Assembly: GCA_041659805.1 (NCBI GenBank)
Contig: JBAZXP010000001.1
Coordinates: forward strand, 589-64,588
Source: Microgenomates group bacterium
GTDB taxonomy: Bacteria; Patescibacteriota; Microgenomatia; Daviesbacterales; UBA10151
DNA: 64,000 nucleotides
Direction of reading: 5' to 3'
Below, one piece after another: positions 46,775 through 57,300 of this stretch. How positions within the stretch are numbered: position 1 is the stretch's first letter; the number at the start of each line of letters is the position of its first letter. A model generated the notes under the pieces. That model did not search any database and had not been told where the DNA came from. It worked only from the letters and a program-made list of their open reading frames with translations. The position numbers were made by a program, and so were the translations under genes.

Positions 46775-48178
46775 TTATTTTTTACCGATGACAAATTCCA
46801 AATCTGCCTTATCAGATGGAGTTAGTATAGCAGCTGAAATAGAGGCTTCATAGTCAGTAACATCATCCATTAAAAGCTTCATAGCTTCATCATCCCCTAC
46901 TTTACCTCTAATTGTGCTTTGAGCAATAGCTGAACTCATTGCATTTCCTGTTTTATCGATTGTCCAACCTGCCGCTTTTAACTTATCAGCCAAAACTCCT
47001 GCTGCTCCTGTTTTTGGGGTTCCGTTCAATACTCTGACTTTATATTTTGATCTTTCAACAGTAATGATTGGCGTTGGTGTTGGAGTTGGTGTGGGAGTTG
47101 GAGTAACGGCAATTTCCTGTTTGGGGGGATTAATGATCGATAATACTTTATCTCTGTAGAAAATCACCACAACACCAATTGCTACCAATAATACAACAGG
47201 AATCAAAACAGCCAGTTTAGAGCGATCATTTTTGGGAGGCAAAATTGGTTGTTCAGCTGCAACTGAACTCTGGTGATAAATTGAGGCTGGTTGTAAATCT
47301 GCCGAATCAGTGCCTGCACCTCTTCCTGCTTCTTCTTCATTTTCAGAATCCCCATTTTCGGCATCCTCCAAATCATCCAACCTTTTTTCAACTTCCGGAG
47401 AAACATTACTGGTAGAGATAAAATGTTCAACTACAACACCATAATTCATCTTGGCTGAATCTATTAAAGATGTGATATTTGCTTCCAGATTGTCCAAATT
47501 GGATTCAGTTTTAGCTAAGGCGTGACCATTCTTGGTTAAAATCAATTCCAAACAGCAACCGGGAGTAAGATGATCTTTTACCTGATCAATAATAATAACC
47601 GGATTATCAGATTTGTGTTTTATAGCAACTACCTCAGCGTTGGGAACTGAATCCTCTGTTTTTCCTAAACCTTTTGGATAAGCCCAATATTGGATCAAAC
47701 CATCATCAATGGGCTTACTGAATACATCCAAATCTTCTTTAGGTTGTTGCCATTCAGGCTGTTCCCCTGCTTTCACTGTTTGTAAATAATATTCATTGGG
47801 ATCAGAATCAGCTTTAGGGGCAACATTAACGGGATCTTCATCTGCTGAATTTACAGTAAAATTAGATTTTGGAAAATCTTTTTCTTCAGTATCTTCTGAT
47901 TCCTGTTCTTCATCATCTAAAGGATCCTGGTCATCCTCTTCTTCATGTTTCACAGGAGTCTCATCATCAAGCGGATCATTTTCCTCATTCTCTACCTCAT
48001 CAGATTCTTCTGACTCTGCCGATTCGCTGACATGCTGATTTACCGATTCTGGTTCCTCTAATACCGGTGCTTTATGATAAGCAATTTTCACAGGACCATC
48101 ATCTTCTGTGGTGTCAGCATCATCAGGCAGATCTTTAATCATATTTCCACTATACCATAGTGTTTTTTTATTTTTCAA
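46775..48178 (-). CDS. Membrane protein with a highly acidic N-terminal region, a PT linker and a C-terminal LytR_C (LytR/CpsA/Psr C-terminal) domain.
   Basis: The TM is 'LAVLIPVVLLVAIGVVVIFY'. The linker is 'TPTPTPTPTPTP'. The LytR_C-like block is 'YKVRVLNGTPKTGAAGVLADKLKAAGWTI...'. The N-terminus has long D/E-rich runs. Confidence 0.45.
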   Translation of the reverse strand: MKNKKTLWYSGNMIKDLPDDADTTEDDGPVKIAYHKAPVLEEPESVNQHVSESAESEESDEVENEENDPLDDETPVKHEEEDDQDPLDDEEQESEDTEEKDFPKSNFTVNSADEDPVNVAPKADSDPNEYYLQTVKAGEQPEWQQPKEDLDVFSKPIDDGLIQYWAYPKGLGKTEDSVPNAEVVAIKHKSDNPVIIIDQVKDHLTPGCCLELILTKNGHALAKTESNLDNLEANITSLIDSAKMNYGVVVEHFISTSNVSPEVEKRLDDLEDAENGDSENEEEAGRGAGTDSADLQPASIYHQSSVAAEQPILPPKNDRSKLAVLIPVVLLVAIGVVVIFYRDKVLSIINPPKQEIAVTPTPTPTPTPTPIITVERSKYKVRVLNGTPKTGAAGVLADKLKAAGWTIDKTGNAMSSAIAQSTIRGKVGDDEAMKLLMDDVTDYEASISAAILTPSDKADLEFVIGKK

Positions 48179-48351
48179 ATACCCTAAACACCCAAAGCAA
48201 AACCCGAAGATTATTCCTAATCGCGCAATTTAGGTGAGTTTTCCACCAGTTATCCACAGAGGTAGGGTTTAGGGTATAGTCAGACACAAATAAAATTATT
48301 TATAAAAAGAAATATGAAAAATACTGAAGAATTTGAACTAAACCCTACACC

Positions 48352-48723
48352 CTAATATTTTGCTTCTTGAGCTTCTTCTTTAGTTTCATGAATAGTTTCT
48401 GGAGGATGATGAGGAGGTGAATACATAGTAATAATTTTCATTGGTTCAGACCCAGTGGTAATAAAATTGTGTTCTGTGCCTGCATGAACCAAAACTACAT
48501 CTCCAACCTTAAAAGGAGCCTCTTCTTTATTAAGTACAACTTTACCCTCACCTTTTACCAAATATAATACCTGGTCAGTGTCTGCATGAATTTCTGAGCC
48601 TATATCCTCGCCTGGATTAATGCTCATAATAACAACCTGAGTAAACTCACCTGTGTCTAAAACACGCCTAAAATCAGTACTTTGTATTGCCTGGGAATTA
48701 ACATCAATCAGATGACCAATCAT
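48352..48723 (-). CDS. Cupin-domain protein.
   Basis: The cupin_2 motifs are 'GEDIGSEIHADTDQVLYLVKGEG' and 'VLVHAGTEHNFITTG'. Confidence 0.7.
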   Translation of the reverse strand: MIGHLIDVNSQAIQSTDFRRVLDTGEFTQVVIMSINPGEDIGSEIHADTDQVLYLVKGEGKVVLNKEEAPFKVGDVVLVHAGTEHNFITTGSEPMKIITMYSPPHHPPETIHETKEEAQEAKY

Positions 48724-48815
48724 AATTATTTATAGGTTAGCATCAAAGATTTTATTTGGCAACCATGCTAGTTTCAAAAAAATTTCTTTAGCTTCACAAA
48801 ACCACATACTGAAGC

Positions 48816-49817
48816 CTAATGTTTAACTGTAGAAAACATTTGACCTGATTCACCTGGCTGTTGAACACAAAAAGCTACTGGGTATTGCCCTAAAAACTCA
48901 TTCATTGAATCTTTTACTAAACTTTGAGCAAAATCCTTTTGATCAATCTTATCAGGCACAGCAAACATTAAAATTTCTCCTGTTTCCGGATTTATCCTGG
49001 TAAACCTTAGCCTTCCCTGCCTCCTAGCCCCCCAGTTGTAAGACGAGCGGGAAATTGCCCCTAAATAACCAGTACCCTCAATAGGTGTCATCTTTTGATT
49101 ATTAATAGCAGTAACTCTCATAAGCCATTGCAAATCATTGTTTTCTTCATTTTTAAACGTCTGGGAACCAATTTTTGCTCCCAATAAATATTCCCACTGG
49201 AAATAGGTGGTAGGATAAGATTCACGGTTACCATGTCGCTCTTTTCTCCTGTCAACCCGACCCTCTAAAACATCTTGAAATTCTGAGCAAGGGAACTCTG
49301 CATTAAGCTGAATGCTACTCGACCAATCATATCTAATTTGAGCTACAGGGATCTTCGACTCTGGACACTGATTTGATATTACTGAAATCCCTGCTGCAAA
49401 CTGATTCGGATCTCTCAAAAAATCTTCTATAATCATGAGGTTTTGTTTTAAACCGGTTCCCAAAGCGATATGTAGCTTCCCAAAATCATATTCTACCTGT
49501 CCATCTATTAGTAATTCTTCTCCTTGTTCAAGCTTAGTCACCTGAATTATTTTTTTAGCTTTTAATCCGTAATATTTATCATAAATAACCCTGACTAAAG
49601 AAGATGAACTCTCAATATAAGAAAATCCTGGTAACCTATCAGTTTCTAAAATACCAATTTCATCCCAGGCTCTTTTTATATGCCTACAGGTAATAAAGGG
49701 GGCAAAAGATTCTTCCTCGGTCATTGAATACAACTTACAGGGAGTGGTTAATTCTGTAGCTTCACCAAAGATGGTGGCAAATTCTTCTTTACTGATTAAT
49801 CTTTCTTTTTGTGCCAT
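48816..49817 (-). CDS. Hypothetical protein.
   Basis: It is a 333-aa ORF. I could not assign a family from its motifs. Confidence 0.4.
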   Translation of the reverse strand: MAQKERLISKEEFATIFGEATELTTPCKLYSMTEEESFAPFITCRHIKRAWDEIGILETDRLPGFSYIESSSSLVRVIYDKYYGLKAKKIIQVTKLEQGEELLIDGQVEYDFGKLHIALGTGLKQNLMIIEDFLRDPNQFAAGISVISNQCPESKIPVAQIRYDWSSSIQLNAEFPCSEFQDVLEGRVDRRKERHGNRESYPTTYFQWEYLLGAKIGSQTFKNEENNDLQWLMRVTAINNQKMTPIEGTGYLGAISRSSYNWGARRQGRLRFTRINPETGEILMFAVPDKIDQKDFAQSLVKDSMNEFLGQYPVAFCVQQPGESGQMFSTVKH

Positions 49818-49864
49818 CTTGACTTTGACAGATGGCGTTATCCTATCTTAAATATATCTCATAG

Positions 49865-51202
49865 TCAAGATTTGGTTTGAGGCAAAAGCAGCTTTACTAC
49901 TTCTGATAAAGATTTAACATTCTCAGGAGATACTATTTTAGTAAAACCAAGCTTTTTGCCCTCGTTTTTTCTTTTTTCAAGAAGCCTGACAGACCTAAGC
50001 TCTCCTAATAACCCAACTTCCCCCACCAAAGCAACTTTAGGATCAATCAAAGTATCTTTAAAAGAAGAAACAATACTCATACAGATGGCTAAATCTGCTG
50101 CCGGTTCAACAACTTTCATTCCTCCGGTGACATTTACAAAAATATCCTGATCATAAAGCGGCAGACCTAATCTTTTGGATAGAACAGCCACCAAAAGCTG
50201 TAATCTATTATTGTCTATTCCTGAACCTGTTCTTCTGGGATTAGGCAGGAAACTTTTGGTAACAAGCGCCTGAATTTCAACCAATAAAGGACGGATTCCA
50301 CCCATGGTTGCCACAACAGCCGAACCCGGGGCAAGCACACGTTGTTCCAAAAAAATCTTAGAAGGATTGGTAACTTCAACCATCCCAGCTTCCAGCATCT
50401 CAAAAATCCCAACTTCATCCACGGAACCGAATCTGTTTTTTGAGGCTCTGATGATCCTAAAATTGGAAGTCGGATCACCTTCAAGGGATAAAACCACATC
50501 AACCAAATGCTCTAAAGTCTTTGGTCCGGCAATATTACCTTCTTTGGTCACATGTCCCACCAGAAGAATGGGAATATGAAGCTGTTTGGCCAGTTTTTGT
50601 AAACGATGAGCACATTCCCTGACCTGACCGACTGATCCCGCAGCAGAAGTCAAATCAGACGTTTCCAGAGTCTGAATTGAATCAATAATGACCAGCTCCG
50701 GTTTGTGGGTTTTTATCGCGTCAATAATTGAGTCCACATCAGTTTCATTTAAAATCGCCAAGTCACAGTCTTTTTTGATACGGTCTGTGCGTAATTTGAT
50801 CTGGTGGGCAGATTCTTCACCTGCAATATAGAGCACATTATTAGCAGAAGACAATTCTTTTTGCCAGACATTTAAGGCTAACTGCGTTAACAATGTACTT
50901 TTGCCAATTCCCGGGTCGCCTGAGACTAAAATTACAGATCCTTGCACGATTCCTCCTCCCAAGACCCTATCAAACTCAATCAGTCCAGTCCCAATTCGTG
51001 CGTATTTTTGCTTTTCCACATCTTTTAAATTTATTATCTTTGCAGCGGAAATCTGCCGACCTGCCGATACTCCGATCTTCCGATCCTCCGATATAGTCTC
51101 CACCAACGAATTCCAGGTTCCACATTCAGGACATCTGCCTAAAAATGAAGGTGAATGATAGCCACATTGTTGGCAAATAAAAGAGGTATTTGTCTTAGCC
51201 AT
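49865..51202 (-). CDS. radA: DNA repair protein RadA/Sms.
   Basis: The N-terminal zinc ribbon is 'CQQCGYHSPSFLGRCPECGTWNS'. Walker A is 'GDPGIGKSTLL'. The RadA KNRFG motif is 'ASKNRFGSVDEVG'. The C-terminal Lon-protease-like domain is present. Confidence 0.9.
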   Translation of the reverse strand: MAKTNTSFICQQCGYHSPSFLGRCPECGTWNSLVETISEDRKIGVSAGRQISAAKIINLKDVEKQKYARIGTGLIEFDRVLGGGIVQGSVILVSGDPGIGKSTLLTQLALNVWQKELSSANNVLYIAGEESAHQIKLRTDRIKKDCDLAILNETDVDSIIDAIKTHKPELVIIDSIQTLETSDLTSAAGSVGQVRECAHRLQKLAKQLHIPILLVGHVTKEGNIAGPKTLEHLVDVVLSLEGDPTSNFRIIRASKNRFGSVDEVGIFEMLEAGMVEVTNPSKIFLEQRVLAPGSAVVATMGGIRPLLVEIQALVTKSFLPNPRRTGSGIDNNRLQLLVAVLSKRLGLPLYDQDIFVNVTGGMKVVEPAADLAICMSIVSSFKDTLIDPKVALVGEVGLLGELRSVRLLEKRKNEGKKLGFTKIVSPENVKSLSEVVKLLLPQTKS

Positions 51203-51315
51203 AAGTCGACTATATCATATATCATCAATTGCTTATTGACTACTATTATAATAAGCCGTAATGTTTATATAGATCTATGCAAAGTATGTTCTACGCCTAG
51301 GCAAACTATATCAAT

Positions 51316-54300
51316 ATGTCTCTGCCCCAAAACCAATCTCAACAGTTAGTGCCCGTAGGTCAGGCTGCCAAGATATTAGATGTTTCTGTTGATACTATCC
51401 GCAGATGGGAGAAAAAAGGAATACTTCAATCCACCAGGCCAAATGGTAAAGACCGTTATTTTTCCCTGGAAGATTTACATAAAGTTAAAGCCTCCAAGCC
51501 AATCTTAATCTCTGATGCTGCTAAAACTTTGGGTGTTTCCCCTGCCATTTTAAGAAAAATGGAAAAGGAAGGAAAGATTCAACCACAAAGAGATGAAAAA
51601 GGTACTAGGATCTATGATCAAAACATCTTGAAAACTGTTAATTCAAATATTACTACTGTAGAAGAATTACTTGATCTAAGTAGATCAGAAGGTAACTCTC
51701 AGTATCATATCCCTTTAACAGAAAGCAAGTTACATGAGTATGCAAATAGCTATGAGCAAGTGGCAAGTAGCCAGAAATTTCTAGCTCTCAGCCACAAGCT
51801 ACAAGCTACAAGCATTGTTTCAGGTGTATTAGCCTCATTAGTTTTGGCCGTCTTAGTTCTAGCCAGAGTTTCTAATTTTGATTTAGCCAATTTAGCTATG
51901 AGCTATGGGCAAGTGGCAAGTGGCCAGAAGCAATTAGCCACTAGCTATAAGCCCCTTGCACTTAGCAATTCTAACGTCCTTGCTGCTACGACCTCAAACC
52001 ATTACCTGAATTTTGCTACAGACTTAATAGTAGAGGGAGATTTAGCAGTAGGGGGATTACTTAATAATATAAAACTAATCCCAGGAGGAGATAATGTTAA
52101 TAGGACTTTAACAGTTTCTGCTCCTGTTACTTTAGACCAAGATTTATCTACTGCTAGTTCCCCTACTTTTGCAGGTTTAACAGTACTTTCCCCAATTAAT
52201 GCGCCTTCTGCTTCTACCTCAACTTTAAGTTTAACAGGTACTAAAGATCAAATTACTTTTGATGTATCAGGTGTTAAAAGCACATTAACCTGGACTCCTA
52301 CCTCTGCTCAAACTTTAACCTTACCCAATGCTACAGATACCCTGGTTGGTAGAGCTACTACAGATACTTTAACCAATAAAACAATTTCAGGATCTGATAA
52401 CACCATCTCCAATATCCAGTCCTCTGCTCTGTCTGGAAGCTATACTGGTATCACAGGATTAGGAACAATTACCACAGGCACCTGGAACGGGACAAAAATA
52501 GGGACAACCTATGGGGGAACAGGGCTCACAACATATACAACAGGTGATTTACTATATAGTAGCGCATCAAATACTTTAGCTAATTTAGCAGTAGGAACTG
52601 CTGGGCAGGTATTAACAGTCTCAGGAGGCCTACCTGCCTGGACTGCCTCTTCCTCTATTGTTGATTTAACTTCTGTTGCTTCAAATATACTGCCTTCAGT
52701 CAATAACACATATGATTTAGGATCTTTAACTAATCAATGGCAAGATGCCTGGTTTGCAGGAACTTTAACTGTGGCAGGAAATATAGTTGGAGCTACCACA
52801 GGAACTTCTGGTTATTGGACCAGAAATGATGCTACCGGAGATCTATATTCAGCCACACTCACAGATCAAATAGGTATAGGCACTACTGCTCCTGCTTCCC
52901 AGTTAGAAATTAAAGCCACAACTAATCCTGCTTTAAGTTTATATGCAGGAAGTGGCACAGACAATATCTTTCAGGTCTTCAATAATGCTGGGGATACTAC
53001 CTACTTTGCTGTTGATTCAACAGGTAAAATGTCTTCCTCTGCTTTTCAATTAACTGATGCTGCTAATGCTGTAGTGGGTACTGCTATTGCTGGAGGCTGG
53101 ACTTTAAATGGTAATACCTTTACCTACAGAAGAATTATTACTATCACCAACTCATCAGGATCAACTATGCCTAAGTATTATGAAATATCCTTACCTCTTT
53201 CTTCTTCTGATTCTAATCATGTATATACTAATTCTCAACAAGCTTCTCCTTACAAGGATTTTAGGATAGCATATGATTCTGGTACCCCTACAGAGATAGC
53301 CAGGAATGTTTCATCTTTTACTTCATCAAATGTTACTACCACTTTCCAACTTCAAGCCAGTATAGCCAACTCAGGAACTGCTACCTATTATATTTATTAC
53401 TCAAATTCAACTTTGGCTACTACCCCTGATACTTATACAGGTACTACTGTTTTGGATAATGGGGATGCAGCTATTGATTGGACTTCTGGTTCTAGCGATT
53501 TTGCTTTATCTCAAGAAACTACAATAAAACATGAAGGTACAGGAAGTTTAAAAACAGTTTCTTCATTGGGCACAATGGGAGCTTTTGCTACAACATCTCA
53601 AGGACAGCTATCAACAATACTTAATTCCCCAACTTCCTTTTCTACCTCTTTAGGCGGAACAAATTATGTTTATGTATTGGGCGGAAATAATGGATCCGCC
53701 GATGTATCGACTGTTTACAAAGCTGATTTAAATACTACAACTGGAAATATTTCTACCTTTACTACCACTTCTCAAGGGCAGCTGCCGCAAGTATTATCCG
53801 GAGCTGCTTCTGTAGCTGCTGTCCCGTCTATTGATGGAGGGACTGGGGCTGATGGGACACTGGATTTATCCTTAGGTAGTGGCGCTGGTGGATGTAATGG
53901 TACTGGTCTTTCCTGGGCTGGATCTACTTGTACTATAGATACTGATACTAAATCCACTTTTAATTTTACTACTATTAATGTTTCAGCTGGTACCACCTTA
54001 ACTACTTCTGGCACTACTTTTCCTACCCTTAAAGCTACAGGATCTGTAACAATAGCGGGAGCTATCGACTTAGCAGGTAAAGGCTATGCAGGAGGATTAA
54101 CAAGTGGCAATGCAGGATGCAACGGTTACGGACCAGGTTTTGGTCGGGCTTTTAATGGCAATGCAACCCAAGGCAATTGTGCTTTTGCAACATCAATAAA
54201 TGCTGGTGGTGGAGGTGGCTATGGCGGTGCAGGAGGCACTGGAGCAGTGGGTTCTGTTGCAGGAACAACTTATGACACAGCAGCAGTCGGTAGTGGTGGT

Positions 54301-57300
54301 GGTGGAGGTGGAAATGGTGGTAATGGCTATGGCGGTGCAGGAGGAGGAGGAATACAAATTCAAAGCGGAAGCACGATTTCTATAACCGGCACAATTTCAG
54401 CAAATGGCGCAAATGGAATTACTACTGCAGCTTATGCTGGCGGTGGCGGAGGTGGTAGCGGCGGAAGAATAACCTTGCAAGCTGCAAGCGCAATTACCAA
54501 CTCAGGCACCATCAGCGCCAATGGAGGTAATGGTGGAGGCAGTGATGCTGGTGGAAGAGGTGGAGGTGGCGGAGGCGGCGGAAGAATAACCATTCAGGAT
54601 AGCAGTGGAGCTGCAGGGGGAACTATCACTGCTACTTATGGAACTGGTGCTATTGCTACTCAAGGAAATGGTGCCAATGGAACAGCTGGTGTAATAACAC
54701 AAACAGCTAATCCTACCTTAATTTATCTTTTAGGCGGTATTAATGGATCTACCAGACAATCCACTGTCTATAAATCAAGTATTACAGGATCAGATTTAGG
54801 AGCTTTTGATACCACCTCCCAAGCTCAACTACTTGTAGCGCTCTCTTACCCAACTTCTCAAACTATAACTATTAGCAATACCAGCTATGTATATGTCCTG
54901 GGTGGAAACAGTGCTTCCGGTGATGTTTCTACTGTGTATAGATCAACCGTAACTTCCGGTAATTTAGAAACTTTTGCCACAACAAACCAAGGTCAACTTC
55001 CACAAGTTTTATCCAAGCACTCCTCCTCTACTGTTAGTATCAGTGGAACCAATTATGTCTATGTTATAGGAGGCATTAACGGGTCAACCGCCCAATCAAC
55101 CGTATATAAATCAACCGTAGATGGTTCTGGTAATTTATCCAGTTTTGATACAACAAATCAAGGACAATTACCAGCTGCTTTGTATTCCACTTCCTCAAAT
55201 ATAGCTACTGTTGGAGGAACAAGTTACCTTTATGTACTTGGGGGAATAAATAGTGGTGGGAGTAAGGTTAGTACAGTGTATAAAGCTCAGATTGGGGCTA
55301 CTGGTGACATAGGAGCATTTTCTACCACAGGTCAAAATCAGCTCCCTGCTGCTTTAGGTTCCCTTTCTTCTGTTACAGCAACAGTAGGTACTTCACAATA
55401 TATTTATACTTTGGGTGGAGCTGGTACTTCTGCCTCAGTCAGCACTGTGTATAAAGCCAAGATTAATGATATGAGCAGCTCATATGCTACCAAAACCTTA
55501 ACTTCCACTGATTTAACCAATAAAAATGATTTAACTTTCTGGGTTTACTCAGATACTACAGGAGCATATATGCACTTTGATATCTATGATTCAACAGCTG
55601 GTTGGACTAATTGTGCTGATTTTACTATTTCCTCTGCTTCTACCTGGGAACAAAAGAGTTGTGATATATCAGCTGTAGCTGCTGCTTCCAAAGATGGGAT
55701 CACATCTTTAAGGATTTCTACTGATTCAACAGTTAATATTACTTCCTCCTTTACCACTTACTTTGATGATATCCAAGCTACACCTAATTTTGCTTCCTTT
55801 TCTAACACTACCTCCTATGCCAGAGCTATCCTTGGAGCTGCTAATTTAGCTGTTAATGCCCAGGGTACAGGTTTGGTCCAAATTAACTACTCTGCCTCCC
55901 CTAATGCTGCAGCAGGATCTGGAGGCTTTGCTCTGTATGATGGCACTACTAATGCTTTGTTTGTAGTTGATGGAACTGGGACAGTTACCACAGGTATCTG
56001 GAATGGGACTGATATAGCTGTTACTGCTGGAGGTACAGGAGCCTCTACTGCTGCTGATGCCAGAACTAATTTAGGACTGGCTATAGGAACCAATGTTCAA
56101 GCCTATGATGCTGATTTAACTACTTATGCAGGTATTACTCCTTCTGCTAATGTTCAAACACTCTTGGGTTCTGCTGATTATGCTACAGCTAGAACCAATT
56201 TAGGCTTAGGAACTATGGCTACTCAAAACATAGCAGGAATATCTGCAGCTATTTTACCTGATACTAATAATAGTTATGATTTAGGATCTGTTACCAATCA
56301 ATGGCAGGATGCCTGGTTTGCTGGTAATTTAACTGTAGCTGGGAATTTAATAGGAGCATCATCTGGCACTGCTGGGTATTTCTCAAGATCAGGCACTACC
56401 CTTTCTACTGCTACTGCTGGAGATAATATTACTACCACTGGATCTGTAGGAGTTGGTACTACCTCCCCTACTTCTACTGCTAAACTTGATGTAGCTGGAA
56501 ATATAGCTTTGTCTACTAATGGTTCTTCTATTAAAGCTTTGGATTCCTCTACCTCAAATACTGTTGGAGGAAATAGCTTTATTTATTCCAAACCAGTCAC
56601 AGTAAATAACACTTCTGCAGGTACAATGTCCCAAAATACCACCTACACTTTAATGCTGACAGGCACAGATGCTTCTGATGTTTATTCCAATTCCCAGGCT
56701 GATTATGATGATGTGAGAATTTCGTATAACGGAACAGAAATAGCAAGGGTGGTTGATAAATTTACATCATCTGAGATTAATATCAGGTTTGCCATCCAGG
56801 CTAATATCCTAACTTCTGCCTCTGATGCAAATTATAGAATTCATTATGGAAATGCCGGTCTTTCTGCTCCTACTGCTTATTCTGGATCTACTGTTTTAGA
56901 TCAGTCTGATGCTGCTTCAGATTGGACTTCTTCTGATACTGCCCAAATTGTCATGTCTGATGATACAACCTACTATGTAGAAACTACCGGCAGCGTCAAA
57001 GGAACAGGACAATCCAGCAACTTACAGGCCTTTGCCACCACCAGTCAAGGACAGCTACCTGATACAGTTGCTAACAATTCAGTAACCTCAGCCACCATAG
57101 GTGGAACTACTTATGTTTACTCACTTGGAACAAATGGTGGTTCAGGTACTAATTCTGCTGTTTATAAAGCTGTTCTTGACGGGTCAAATAATCTTGGATC
57201 ATTTAGCACTACCAACCAGGCCCAGTTCCCACAAAACTTTAGTTATACCGCTCCCTTTACTGCTACTTTCAGTGGTACAACCTACTTATATGCTATAGGA

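Noticed and set aside
51203-51315. A promoter-like 'TTGACT...TATAAT' lies upstream of the giant gene.
   Set aside because: The TATAAT is only 5 nt from the -35-like hexamer, and the alternative -10 at 17-nt spacing (TAATGT) is weak. In AT-rich DNA such matches are expected by chance, so it is not reported as a feature.
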